Counted from the stretch's first letter, positions 9,579 to 20,443 are shown. The stretch is 64,000 bases of DNA from Candidatus Latescibacterota bacterium (GCA_965198115.1 OZ240241.1:8256001-8320000); one strand, 5' to 3'. Notes: generated from the letters alone by a model not told the origin. Program-made: numbers and translations.

Positions 9579-10588
9579 TCGCGGCGCTTCTGGCAACGGC
9601 GTTCGCGGCCTGTGGGTGCACGTACATCGCGATGCGATGGCTGCCCCGGTTCGGCTTCGTGGATGTGCCGAACGAGCGAAGCTCCCACGAAAAGCCGACG
9701 GCGACGTTGGGAGGATCCGGTCTTGTGCTCGGCTTTCTGGCGGGCTGTGTGGTCTATGCCGAGGGCGCCGGCGAGATGGCCTGGGAAACGTGGGGCCTGA
9801 TTGCTCTGGGTTGCATCCTTGCCGTGTTCGCGTGGGACGAACTCAGACCCATGGGTCGTCTGCTGAAGCTTGCCGTCCAGGCTATCGCAGCCGTTCTCCT
9901 GCTGACGTTGCTCGGCCCCCTCGACCGATTGACCCTGCCCGCGGTAGGCCCCGTGCCGATGGGGAGTTGGGGCGGTCTTGTGACGTTGTGTCTCTACGTC
10001 GCGATTCAGAATTTCTACAATTTCATGGATGGGATCGACGGTTTGGCGGGAACGGAGGGATTCCTGGCCGCCGGTGCGTTTGCCGTGCTTCTTTCAATGG
10101 TCGACTCGGTTTTTACACCCCTTCCCGCGCTGCTGGCTGCGGCTTCACTCGGCTTTCTGGTCTGGAATCTGCCGGCTGCCAGAATCTTCTTGGGGGACAT
10201 GGGGGGTCACTTTCTCGGACTGATGTTGACGGGTTTCGTCGTTGTCGGTGAGCGTGCGGGCGTTGCGGGTTGGCTCGGTCTGGCGGTTCTGGGTGCGTTC
10301 CTGTTCGATGCCATCTACACCATCGTGCGTCGGGCGTTGAAGGGCGAGAACATCACGGAGGCGCATCGGTTCCACCTGTATCAGCGACTCGTGCGATCGG
10401 GGTGGGCGCATATGGCTGTCGTGGTTGTTTACGGAGTCCATACGGTTGCGTTGGGTGGAGGTGCGATTCTCGTGGTTGCGGGCCATCAACCGTGGGGTCA
10501 CGGTTTGATAGCTGCAGCCTTTCTTTCGATGGCGGTGGGTACAGTTCTGATCGAGCGACGTTGGACGCGGGAGGGCGAAACGACGTGA
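9575..10588 (+). CDS. Undecaprenyl-phosphate sugar-1-phosphate transferase (WecA/MraY family)
   Basis: DVPNERSSH, NFYNFMDGIDGLA, IFLGDMG and AHRFHLYQRL motifs; multiple TM segments. Confidence 0.92.
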   Translation: MIAALLATAFAACGCTYIAMRWLPRFGFVDVPNERSSHEKPTATLGGSGLVLGFLAGCVVYAEGAGEMAWETWGLIALGCILAVFAWDELRPMGRLLKLAVQAIAAVLLLTLLGPLDRLTLPAVGPVPMGSWGGLVTLCLYVAIQNFYNFMDGIDGLAGTEGFLAAGAFAVLLSMVDSVFTPLPALLAAASLGFLVWNLPAARIFLGDMGGHFLGLMLTGFVVVGERAGVAGWLGLAVLGAFLFDAIYTIVRRALKGENITEAHRFHLYQRLVRSGWAHMAVVVVYGVHTVALGGGAILVVAGHQPWGHGLIAAAFLSMAVGTVLIERRWTREGETT

Positions 10589-11844
10589 ACACGTTGCACC
10601 TGGAGCGTGTCCTGGGATGGCGCTACGTACGGGCTGTCCGAGGTCATCGGCGTCTGCGGTTCGGTGCGGTCGTCGCCGCACTCGGTGTGGCGATCGGCGT
10701 TGCCGCGCTCGTCATCGTCCTTTCCGTGATGAACGGGTATGCCGAAGCGATCAACGACAGGCTGCTGGGCGTGAACGCGCACCTGCTCGTGCGACGTCCG
10801 TACACGGAGCCTTTCGACGACCACGACCGTCTTGCGGCCAGGATTGCGGGCAACGAGCACGTCGTTTCAGTCGAGCCGTTCGCACAGGCGGAGGGGTTCG
10901 TCCTGCACAAACCGGAGGGAGAAGAGCTGAAGCGGTCGGGTCTGCTCGCGCGTGCGATGACCGGTCGAGCGCTCCGCGCCACGATCGATATCGAGCGATA
11001 CCTGATCGCAGGCGACGGCCAGGTCGAGACGCAACGTCAGCCCGGCGTCTACGGAGCGGTTATCGGACGCCATCTCGCGGATCGCCTCAAGGCTCGCGTC
11101 GACGACGAGATTCACGTGAGCACGATGCCGAAGGATCTGCTCTTGGGGCGCGTACCTCCGCTTCGACGGTATCGTGTGACTGGAATTTTTGCGACGGGAT
11201 ACTACGAGTTCGACGCCAACCTGGTGTTCGTTCCACTGGCGGCGCTTCAGCGCGATCTCGGCTGGTCGGATCGTGTGTCCGGACTCCGTGTCCGGCTGGC
11301 GGACCCTTTTTCAGCCGAAGCGGCTTCCACATCGATCCGTCCGATTATCGAGGCCGAGGAGTCCGGGTTGTTCGTGACGTCCTGGATTCACGAACACGGG
11401 AACCTCTACGCGTGGATTCGTATGCAGAAGTGGTTTTCGACAATCGCTCTGAGTCTGATCGTGATTGTCGGGGCGTTCAACGTCGTGAGTGTGATGACCG
11501 TCGGAGTGATCGAGCGGAGGGGGGATATCGGCATCCTGAAAGCGATGGGCTGCGAGCCTCGGCGGATATCGCGCGTCTTCACGGTGCAGGGCGTCGCGCT
11601 GGGCATGATCGGGGTCGCGATCGGGTGTGGGTTGGGTGGCTTTCTGTGTTGGGTCCAGGCGACTTACCGGCTGATTCGACTGAGTGGCGATGTCTACATG
11701 ATCGATGCCCTGCCCGTCAAGATGGTGGGGGCAGACTTTGCGATCGTGGCCGCACTCGCTCTGGCGCTCTGTTCCCTCTTCACCCTCTTGCCGGCGCGCG
11801 ACGCGGGGGCGCTGACACCGGTGGAAGCCCTGCGAACGGGATGA
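10585..11844 (+). CDS. Lipoprotein-releasing ABC transporter permease (LolC/E family)
   Basis: GVAIGVAALVIVLSVMNG and DIGILKAMG motifs with an FtsX C-terminus. GTG start overlaps the previous stop. Confidence 0.88.
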   Translation: MNTLHLERVLGWRYVRAVRGHRRLRFGAVVAALGVAIGVAALVIVLSVMNGYAEAINDRLLGVNAHLLVRRPYTEPFDDHDRLAARIAGNEHVVSVEPFAQAEGFVLHKPEGEELKRSGLLARAMTGRALRATIDIERYLIAGDGQVETQRQPGVYGAVIGRHLADRLKARVDDEIHVSTMPKDLLLGRVPPLRRYRVTGIFATGYYEFDANLVFVPLAALQRDLGWSDRVSGLRVRLADPFSAEAASTSIRPIIEAEESGLFVTSWIHEHGNLYAWIRMQKWFSTIALSLIVIVGAFNVVSVMTVGVIERRGDIGILKAMGCEPRRISRVFTVQGVALGMIGVAIGCGLGGFLCWVQATYRLIRLSGDVYMIDALPVKMVGADFAIVAALALALCSLFTLLPARDAGALTPVEALRTG

Positions 11845-13085
11845 TGACGTTCGAGCGATTCGTGGCCGGGCGTCAGAGCCGGGCCTTGCGTAAGCGACGA
11901 CGCGTGTCCATCACGTCGCGCATCGCGAGTTTCGGTGTGGGTGTGGGTGTGGCCGCTTCGATCGTGGTCCTGTCGGTGATGAACGGTTTCTCCGGTCTGC
12001 TCTGGGAACGTCTCCTGGCTCTGAATCCACACGTCGTGATTCGGAGTCCCGATTTCACGCCGTTCACCCCGGCGCCCGACCTGGCGGATCGTCTTCGGAT
12101 CACCCGCGATGTCGAAGGTGTCGCACGTTTCGTGTCGAGTCAGGGTTTTCTGATGCGTCGGGGGGCCGCAGGGACGTATCAGGCGGGCGCACGCGTCCTG
12201 GCCGTCGAAGCCGAGGGTCTGGAGGCCACGAGCGACCTGGCGCGTTTTCTCTGGGCAGGCGAGCTCGATCTGGGGCCTCAGCCCTCGGAGAACGGTACCC
12301 GCTATGGTGTGATCCTGGGAAGCTATCTGGCCGATCGACTGGGTGCGACGGTCGGATCGGAAGTTCGGCTGGCCTTTCCGCCTCAGGAAATCGGGACAGG
12401 GAAGACGCCTGCTGTGAGACGCTACGTGGTGACGGGGATTTTCAGCACCGGGTATGCGGAGTTCGACGGTGGTCTTTCGGTCGTCTCATTAGCGGCGGCC
12501 AGCAGAGATCTGTTGACGGACGGGGCTGTCGAAGGTTTCCGTGTCCGGCTGTCCGAGCCCCTGGGCGCGGACACGGCCGCCAGGCGACTGCAGACAGATC
12601 TCCCATCCGATCTGATCGCCTCACCGTGGATGGCCGAGCACGGCAGTCTGTATTCGTCGATCCAGCTGGAGAAGTGGTCGTTCTACCTGGGTCTGACGCT
12701 GATCGTCGTGATCGCGGGGTTCAGCATCATCAGCATCGTGTCCCTGAACGTCGCGGAGCAGCGGAAGGAGATCGGGATTTTGAAGGCGATGGGGACGAAC
12801 GGCCGGTCGATCACGCGTATTTTCGCCCTGGCGGGGCTGCGCATGGGGGCTGTGGGCGTCGTGGGCGGGGGTCTCGTCGGGGTGGCCGTCTGCTTCGTGC
12901 AGATCGTGTTCGAGCCTCTGAGTCTGCCGGGTGATCTGTTCATCGTGAACGCCCTTCCTGTCGAGCTCCGATTCTTCGACATTTTCGTTGTAACGGGTGT
13001 TGCGCTTCTGCTGTGTCTGGTGTTCGCCGTCGTTCCCGCCCGGAGCGCAGCCGGTCTCGATCCGGTCGAGACGCTCCGCACCTGA
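11841..13085 (+). CDS. Lipoprotein-releasing ABC transporter permease (LolC/E family), second paralog
   Basis: GVGVGVAASIVVLSVMNGF, EIGILKAMG and PARSAAGLDPVETLR motifs. Confidence 0.88.
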   Translation: MMTFERFVAGRQSRALRKRRRVSITSRIASFGVGVGVAASIVVLSVMNGFSGLLWERLLALNPHVVIRSPDFTPFTPAPDLADRLRITRDVEGVARFVSSQGFLMRRGAAGTYQAGARVLAVEAEGLEATSDLARFLWAGELDLGPQPSENGTRYGVILGSYLADRLGATVGSEVRLAFPPQEIGTGKTPAVRRYVVTGIFSTGYAEFDGGLSVVSLAAASRDLLTDGAVEGFRVRLSEPLGADTAARRLQTDLPSDLIASPWMAEHGSLYSSIQLEKWSFYLGLTLIVVIAGFSIISIVSLNVAEQRKEIGILKAMGTNGRSITRIFALAGLRMGAVGVVGGGLVGVAVCFVQIVFEPLSLPGDLFIVNALPVELRFFDIFVVTGVALLLCLVFAVVPARSAAGLDPVETLRT

Positions 13086-15494
13086 TGTCGACGAACCGGT
13101 TGTGTGTCCGAGCCCTGGTAGTCGGGCTGTCGCTGACAGTATGGTTCTCCGAAGCGCTTGCCCGCCCCCCGCACGAATCAGTCAACGTTCTCCTGATCAC
13201 AGTAGATACATTCAGGCCCGATCGATTGAGTGCCTACGGGCATACACGCGCTACGAGTCCCTACCTGGATTCTCTGGCGGCAGACGGTGCATTGTTCGAG
13301 CAGGCCGTCTCTTCATCCTCCTGGACGTCGCCCGGACTGTTGTCGGTGTTGACGGGTCAGTGGGCACCCACACACGGAGTGGATGTGAGGGGAAAACGAC
13401 TCGCGCCCGATACGCCGACCTTCGCGACGGAGCTTTCCCGGGCCGGGCATGCAGTTCCCGACATTCTCTATCTTTCCTCGATTCCGAATCTGAACGGAAT
13501 CGGTTTGGAGCGGAGCTACGCCGACCGCGATACGTACCTACCGGAGGGCGACCAGGTCCTGTTCAAAGCGCTGGAAGCCCATCGCGACGTTCCGTTCTTC
13601 ATCTACTACCACTATCGAAACCTTCACCTTCCGTTCAATCCTTCGCCTCCCTTCGCGACGCTCTACATGGCTGATGCCCTGGGCGACGGGTTCGTGAATC
13701 AGCGGGCGAACATCGTCCGGAAGGACGTGACGATTCCTGAGGGCTCGCTGCGGTTCAGTCCGGGCGATTCTGGTTGGGTTCGTGCGCTCTATGACGGGCA
13801 GATTCGCGAGATGGACGAGACTTTCATCCGTCCTCTCGTTTCGACGCTCGAGCGATTGGATCTCTACAACCGGACGCTGGTGATTATCACTGCCGATCAC
13901 GGTGAGGAACTCCTCGATCACGGTTTCGTGGGTCATCCTTCGACCTCGTTCAAGGGCTCGGCCTACGACGAAGTGGTCCGAATTCCTTTGATCATATCCT
14001 GTCCGGATCTCATTCCACCGCGGACCCGTGTTTCGATGCAGGTCAGGAACGTCGATGTTCTGCCGACCGCGCTCGACCTGTTGGGACTGTCGATTCCGGA
14101 ATCGGTTCAGGGTCGTTCGCTCGAGCCCGCGCTGATGGGGCAAACGATGACCGAGTTGCCCGCGTTTATCGAGACGACACCGGGCGGGCGGGTATCAGGC
14201 GACGACCGACATGCTGAAGACGCGCGTTCGGGCGATGCGGACGTCGGCGTGGAAACTGATTCATACGCTTGGACCCCGGACGGATGCCTACGAGTTGTAC
14301 AATTTGGTGAGAGATCCATCCGAACGGATCGACGTCTATGCCGACCGCGAAGATGTGGCGCGCGGAATGCGGTCGGCGTTGCACGGTTGGGTGCTGCGTT
14401 CAACGGCGGCCAGACCGGATGACCGAGCGCCAAAGATCTCCGAGTCGGCCCATTCTGGGCCTCTCACGATTCTGCTTCCGGCCGACGGCGACACGTTGCG
14501 CTACGCCGAATCCAAAGAGGTGACCGTTCGGTGGACGGGGATCGCGGGATCGCCGTATCGGATCGAGTACGATGTGGGCGAGGGGGCGTATGACCTGGAC
14601 GGGTCCCTCGACGCGTCGGGAGGTGTTTCTCGCCACGGCCCTTTTACGGAGGAAATGTGGAACATGCTGGCGCTCTACAACCCCTTCACCTTTCGAGTGG
14701 TGGGGCCGATGGGGCAGACCAGTGCCTGGGTCTCCTTCCGGATCGCGGCCACGAGAGAGGGGGCGCCTTCGTGGACGAGTCGCATCGCGACGGCGGCGAC
14801 CTTGGGTTGGGGAGAGGCGAGGATCCTGGCTGAGGGACTGGGTCTGGCGACGGTCGAACTCGGACGGATCGTTGGCCGGATCCCGGTCGCCGACGCGCTC
14901 GGATATGGTCTGATCATTGCACTGGCCGCCAGCCTGGTAAGCCCGCTGCTGCGTGGTGTCGACCCCGAGCGGTTGCGGGCCTGGGCGGCCGTCGCTGGTT
15001 ACACGATGTTCATCTATGCGACGCTGGGTGTGATGCCCGAGGTCTGGGGGGCGCTGACCCGATACACGCAGGGGCGGATCGATTACGGCGGCTCACTGGC
15101 GGTCTTGATCGGGGCGGCTACCGTTATAGCGATGACCCTTCGTCGGGGGGCGGGCTGGCGCAGCTATGCCGCCCTGGTGCCGCTCTCCGGTGCCTATGCG
15201 TATCTGCTTACGGAACTGAACACCTTGCCGGCCGAACGGTTTCATCTCGCCGAATACGGGGTGTTGAGTCTATTCGCCTTCAGAGCACTCAGCGTGGATA
15301 AGGGTCTGGCCGCTTCGTGTCTGATCGGATGGGGGATCGCGAGCGCGGCAGGAACGGTCGACGAGGCGATTCAATGGATTCTGCCCAATCGCGTGTTCGA
15401 GTGGAAGGATGTGGGACTGAACGCTCTGTCGAGTGCGCTGGCGATGGGCATCATCGCGGTCGTGGCGACATCGGGGAACCGGGAGAATGCGTAG
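13085..15494 (+). CDS. Sulfatase-like (alkaline phosphatase superfamily) protein fused to a C-terminal VanZ-like membrane domain; frameshift near 14185
   Basis: NVLLITVDTFRPD, SSWTSP, ADHGEE and DVLPT motifs. After the GGGCGGGCGGG frameshift the protein continues to ERFHLAEYGVL...DEAIQWILPNRVFEWKDVGLN (VanZ-like). Confidence 0.75.
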
Positions 15495-17126
15495 ACACTT
15501 CGTGGTCGCACTCTGTGTGGTCCTCACGTCTTCGTGTCGGACGGCCGCGCCGCTCTCCGAACCGGTCGTGGATCTGAATGCCCTGCTTGCCGTGCTCGGT
15601 CTCACGCCGGACGATGTGACGCTCCGGGGAGACTATGTCGCGGATCCGGATCGGTTGAGTTTGAACACTCGGCTTTTGTCACGCCCACTGGATGCCGAGG
15701 AGGAGGTCCAACGGGTTGCCGCCCAATTGCGGATGTCGATTGGAGGAGCCCTGCGTCTGTCACACGAGACCTTGGTTTTCGATGGGCTTCCCCTGGAAAC
15801 GGGCGAACCTCTTTCCCTCCTTGAGGCGCTCGATTTGGCCTACCGGTCCGTGTCGGGTGGGAGCCCCGGCAGCGACCTGTTCTCGATCGTTCATCCGGAC
15901 AGTGGCCTGACTCAGCCGATGCTGGATCGACTGCTCGCCGAGGGTCGATCGATCGATCTCTCCGCCGTCGTGGAGGTTGCCTGCGTGGTCGTCGATGCTC
16001 TGGCACCGATGCCATCCGTCGATCGTGTCGGCGCAGCGGGGATGGATGTGATCGTGGGGACGACGGGAAGGGATACCTTTCGCACCCCCGCGCGGTTGAT
16101 CGTCGATCCGGGTGGTGACGACGTCTACGTCAATGCCGGTGTGTCCTCGTGGGCAAGCCGGTTCAGGTGGTGGTCGATCTGGGGGGAGACGACCTCTACC
16201 GGGGCGAAACGGCAGTTGCGCGCGGGGGTGTCGCGGTCGTGGTCGACTATGCCGGGAACGATCGGTATGAAGCGATTGGGCACGGGCAGGGCGTGGGTAT
16301 CGGTGGTGTGGGTGTCCTGTGGGATAGGATGGGGGACGATGTTTACCGCGCGGGACCTGGTGCTCAGGGGTTTGGTGTATTCGGGGTTGGTATTTTAGTC
16401 GACGAGGCGGGCGAGGATCGATACGACGCCGAGTATCTCGCGCAGGGTGCGGCGGGTCCGGGTGCGGTTGGCGTTCTGATGGATGTCGAAGGGGACGATC
16501 GCTATTGAGCAGGAGGCCGATTCAAAGATTTCAGGGAAGACGGCCAGTTCTACCAGAGCATGTCGCAGGGCTTTTCACGTGGTCTTCGCTACAACGCGTC
16601 GGGAGGTCTGGGCGTTCTCTACGACCAATCCGGGTCGGACACGTATGACATCGAATATTTCGGTCAGGGCGCAGCATACTGGGGAGGCGTCGGGGCGTTG
16701 ATCGACGGGTCGGGCAACGATCGGTATTGAGCTCGGCGTTACGCGCAAGGCGCGGGCACCCACATTGCGGCCGGTGTACTTGCTGACGAATCCGGGGACG
16801 ACCTATATTCGATCGACGGCGTCGGACAGGGATGCGGACACAACCTGAGCGTGGGTGTGCTGCTCGATGCGGCGGGGAACGACACTTTCCGAGGTCGGTA
16901 TCTCTGTCAGGGGGTGGGGAACGCGAATGGAATCGGTCTCCTTCGAGATGGAGCAGGGAACGACACGTATCGCGCGTCGGGTGACGACACGCAGGGCCAC
17001 GGGCATCGTTTCAGGTCATACGGCAGCATCGGGGTGTTGTCTGACGGCGGGGGGATTGACACTTATGACAGGGGCGAAGAGCGGTCGGTCTGGGTATCGG
17101 GCACCGGTGGTGGAGTCGATCGATGA
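15487..17126 (+). pseudogene. Putative lipoprotein with tandem D-x-x-G-(D/N)-D-x-Y...QGxG repeats; one frameshift (~16150) and two in-frame TGA
   Basis: Lipobox-like LTSSC. About 10 repeats continue in one frame across TGA at 16506-16508 and 16728-16730 to 17126. Confidence 0.75.
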
Positions 17127-17965
17127 TGCTTCCCCAAACCACGTTCGTTCTTCTGCTGTCGATCCTCGGTGGGGTCGACGACGACGCGCGTGAGGCGGAG
17201 GTGGCGAGGCTGAGTGCAGAAGGTGCGAGCGCGATTCCGACGCTGACACGGGTGCTCGATGTCGGGCGCTGGCGGGCCCGGGCGGCCGCGGTCGACGGGC
17301 TGGCGCGTGTGGGGGAGCCGGCGATTCCGACGTTGATGAACGTCGTGAGACGTCACGCGCAGGTCGATGCGAGGCGGCTGGCGATCCTGGCGTTGGGGCG
17401 CCTGCTCGAGGCGTCGGCACCCGACAGTCTGATGCTTTTTTCGGAAACGTCGGATCGAGGGAGTGTGGTCACCGCGCTCGGGTGGGCTGGGTGCGAGCCT
17501 CCCGTGATTCGGCCATTTTTTCACGATGACGCGCCCGACGTGCGAAGACGCGCGGTCGAGGCCTACGCGAAGGCGATTGCCGCCCACCCCGGTCCGGGTG
17601 GGATCGACCCTCTTGTCGACCTTCTTGCGGACTCCCATCACATGGTCAGAGAGACGTCAGCCGCAGCGCTGGTCGAATCGGGTCCGAATGGGCCGAATCG
17701 TCTGTTAACCGCTTTGCGATCCCTGCGACCATCCTTTCGGGTTTCCGCCGTGCGGGCTCTGAACGGTCACTTGAAGGACGATCTGATCGAACCGCTGGTG
17801 GAACACGCGGAGTCCGTGCCCTGGACGGAGCAGGTTGCCGTGGTGGGCATCCTGAGCGGAACCGCGCCGGGTCGTGCGGCGCTGGCCGGTCTGGATGCGT
17901 CGTCTTTCCATCCGGTGGTGAGGTCTCGTATCGAACGCGCGCTGGAGGCAGACGGTGGCGATTGA
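17123..17965 (+). CDS. HEAT-repeat protein
   Basis: Repeated helical motifs ARAAAVDGLARVG, VRRRAVEAY and VRETSAAAL. Confidence 0.8.
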   Translation: MMLPQTTFVLLLSILGGVDDDAREAEVARLSAEGASAIPTLTRVLDVGRWRARAAAVDGLARVGEPAIPTLMNVVRRHAQVDARRLAILALGRLLEASAPDSLMLFSETSDRGSVVTALGWAGCEPPVIRPFFHDDAPDVRRRAVEAYAKAIAAHPGPGGIDPLVDLLADSHHMVRETSAAALVESGPNGPNRLLTALRSLRPSFRVSAVRALNGHLKDDLIEPLVEHAESVPWTEQVAVVGILSGTAPGRAALAGLDASSFHPVVRSRIERALEADGGD

Positions 17966-20186
17966 CACGCCAAGCCCGCCGGACGATCGCTTTTCGCTCG
18001 TGTTGCGTTGTGTGCTCTACGCGCTTCTGACGGGTGTGGCGCTGGTCTATCTGCCGTCACTGAGCGACTACAGCACACCTAAAACGGTTCTCTTTCTGAT
18101 TCTGACTTCGGTGCTGGCCGCAGGCCTGTTGTCGCGAATGGTCCTGCAGGGTGAGGTCTATCTGATCGACACGCCGGTTTACTACACGATTCTCGCCTTC
18201 CTCGCCATCAACTTCATTTCCCTGTTTCAGTCCTACAACATTTACCAGGGCCTGCAGACCCTCTTGGTGTATCTGTTTCAATTCGTGCTGATGGTCGTAA
18301 CGTTTCACCTGGTGACTCACCGAAGGCATCTGATTGAGGTGATCGCCGTCTACGTGATCACGGGCAGCCTGGTCGCGCTCATTGGGTTGCTTCAGCACAA
18401 TGGCGTGTATCACTTCCACCATCCGTGGAACATCGCGGTCGCGACGATCGGCAACACGAACTTCGTGGCAGAATATTACAATGTCGTCTTTCCCCTTTCG
18501 GTCTCGGCCCTGATCGTTGCGCGAAACGGGTGGGTAAAGATCGCGGTGCTGCTCGCGCTGTTCCTGATGACGTGTCATCTGATCGTGCTGGGCAGTCGTG
18601 GCGGCTGGCTGGGCGCGATCGTGATCGGTGCAGTCTTCGGCGGCGCGCTGCTGCTTCGTCACATCGAGAACCGACGGCGTGTGTTCGATACGATCATCGT
18701 GGCCGTGCTTGTCGTTGGACTGACGACGCCGGTTCTGAAGGCATTCGCGACAACCGTCCCGACGGGCGAAGGTCACAATTTGGGTGACCTCGTCGGGACC
18801 TACTGGGACGGTGTGGTCTCACGCAGCGGGGATGCGCTGCGGCTTCACGACGACTCGAGCCGCCAACGGGTGCTTCTTAGGGAAGACACGCTTCGCATGG
18901 TTTTCGAGCGACCTTTCGTGGGTGTGGGTGTGGGGAACTTCGAGGTCAACATCGCTCATTACCTGAGTCGGGAGAGTCTGGAGGTCAAAGCCAGGATGGA
19001 GGAGGAGGCCGATAAGGCCCTCCTGATTTTCAGAGCTCACAACGAGTATCTGGAGACCTGGTCCGAGACGGGCATTCTCGGGATTTTGATTTTTCTGTTT
19101 CTGATCGGTCAGATCCTTCGCGTTTGCTGGCGTCTCGTGATCGATTACGTTCGTGGAGAGCAGGATGAGTTGAGTGTCGGCCTCGCCGCGGCCGTTGCGG
19201 CGACGCTGGCTCACGCTTTTTTCAGTGCCAACTTCCAGAACCCTGCCTCGGCCGTACATTTCTGGGTGGTGGTGGGGCTTATATGGTCTGTCGACCTGTC
19301 AAGGGCGGAGCGCCCCCGCGTGGGGCTCCTCAGCACGGGTGGCGATGCCTTTTCGTTCGGTGTGATCGCAGCCAGCGGTGTGGTGGTGGTGCTGGTCGTC
19401 CTCTACGGATCGATGACCTGGCTCGGAAGTGCACGATTCATGGAGGGTCGGAAATCGTTCCTGCTCAAACGCTACCCGTCGGCGATCGAAGCGCTTCAGC
19501 ACGCGGCCAGCCTGTTGCCCCCACGTCCATTCGCTGCGCACGAATTGATCGGCAAGTCCTGGTATAACCTGGACGACTGGGACGGGGCGATCGCCGCATT
19601 CGAACGAAGCCTGGCTTACCACCCGAACAGCCCTGGCGTTCACTACTTTCTGGGGAGATCGTTGCTGGAGCAGAGCCAAAACGATGAAGCGGTGAGCACG
19701 CTCAAGCGGGCTGTCGAGCTGGATCCGTTCGAAGTCGAGTATCTGGTGGGTTACGGTGCGGCGCTGTCACGTTCGGGTGACGTGCAGGATGCGGTTCGTA
19801 TGTTCGAAAAGGCGCTCCAACTGGACCCGAATTCGTCGGAGACGCTCCACCTCCTGGGTGGCAGCCTCAAGGGGCGTGGCGATTACCCGGGAGCCCGCGA
19901 AGCCTACGAACGCGCACTCCGGCTCGATCCGGACAATGCGGAGATCCTGAACAGTCTGGGCGTGGTGGAGGTCGAAGATCAGGCCTACGACAGAGCGATC
20001 GAGATTTTTGGAGGGTTGTTCGACCGTTTTCCAGACCGTCCCGACTACGGGCTCAACCTGGCGGTCGCATTCTACAGCGCAGGCGATTCGGCACGGTCTC
20101 TGGCGCTGTCGGAGGCGTTGGTGTCCGGGTTCCCGGACTTCGAAGAGGCGAACCTGTTCCGCGAGCGTGTTCTGGGCGTGGAGTGA
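17955..20186 (+). CDS. O-antigen ligase (Wzy_C) family protein with C-terminal TPRs
   Basis: TIGNTNF, SRGGWLG, GVGVGNF and RAHNEYLE motifs, followed by several TPR repeats. Confidence 0.9.
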   Translation: MAIDTPSPPDDRFSLVLRCVLYALLTGVALVYLPSLSDYSTPKTVLFLILTSVLAAGLLSRMVLQGEVYLIDTPVYYTILAFLAINFISLFQSYNIYQGLQTLLVYLFQFVLMVVTFHLVTHRRHLIEVIAVYVITGSLVALIGLLQHNGVYHFHHPWNIAVATIGNTNFVAEYYNVVFPLSVSALIVARNGWVKIAVLLALFLMTCHLIVLGSRGGWLGAIVIGAVFGGALLLRHIENRRRVFDTIIVAVLVVGLTTPVLKAFATTVPTGEGHNLGDLVGTYWDGVVSRSGDALRLHDDSSRQRVLLREDTLRMVFERPFVGVGVGNFEVNIAHYLSRESLEVKARMEEEADKALLIFRAHNEYLETWSETGILGILIFLFLIGQILRVCWRLVIDYVRGEQDELSVGLAAAVAATLAHAFFSANFQNPASAVHFWVVVGLIWSVDLSRAERPRVGLLSTGGDAFSFGVIAASGVVVVLVVLYGSMTWLGSARFMEGRKSFLLKRYPSAIEALQHAASLLPPRPFAAHELIGKSWYNLDDWDGAIAAFERSLAYHPNSPGVHYFLGRSLLEQSQNDEAVSTLKRAVELDPFEVEYLVGYGAALSRSGDVQDAVRMFEKALQLDPNSSETLHLLGGSLKGRGDYPGAREAYERALRLDPDNAEILNSLGVVEVEDQAYDRAIEIFGGLFDRFPDRPDYGLNLAVAFYSAGDSARSLALSEALVSGFPDFEEANLFRERVLGVE

Positions 20187-20347
20187 GTGTCGTGTATCCC
20201 GAGGACCCGCGAACCGGGCGTGAGAAGCGACGTACAACTTTCAAAGAGCAAGTGCTGCTTGTACTGATGGCCGTTGGAATCGCTGTTGCCGTGACGGGAC
20301 TGGCGGGGGCGTTTTTGTATATGGCCAGGGTAATGAGGGGGCCGTAG
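20183..20347 (+). CDS. Small single-pass membrane protein (54 aa)
   Basis: GTG overlaps the preceding TGA (GTGA). Sequence MSVVYPEDPRTGREKRRTTFKEQVLLVLMAVGIAVAVTGLAGAFLYMARVMRGP; too short for the ORF track. Confidence 0.6.
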   Translation: MSVVYPEDPRTGREKRRTTFKEQVLLVLMAVGIAVAVTGLAGAFLYMARVMRGP

Positions 20348-20410
20348 GGTCTATTACCGAAGGTCATAAACCGGTTTCAGATGTCAGGAAAAAAACCGTG
20401 TGTTCGTTGT

Positions 20411-20443
20411 ACGCCGGCTTTCTTCGGAGGGCCGGCGTTTTCT
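20411..20443 (+). terminator. Intrinsic terminator between convergent genes
   Basis: ACGCCGGCTTTC-TTCG-GAGGGCCGGCGT hairpin with a UUCG loop, then TTTCT. Confidence 0.75.

Noticed and set aside
16506-16730. Genome-wide TGA reassignment
   Set aside because: Many genes here end in TGA with ATGA/GTGA coupling to the next gene.
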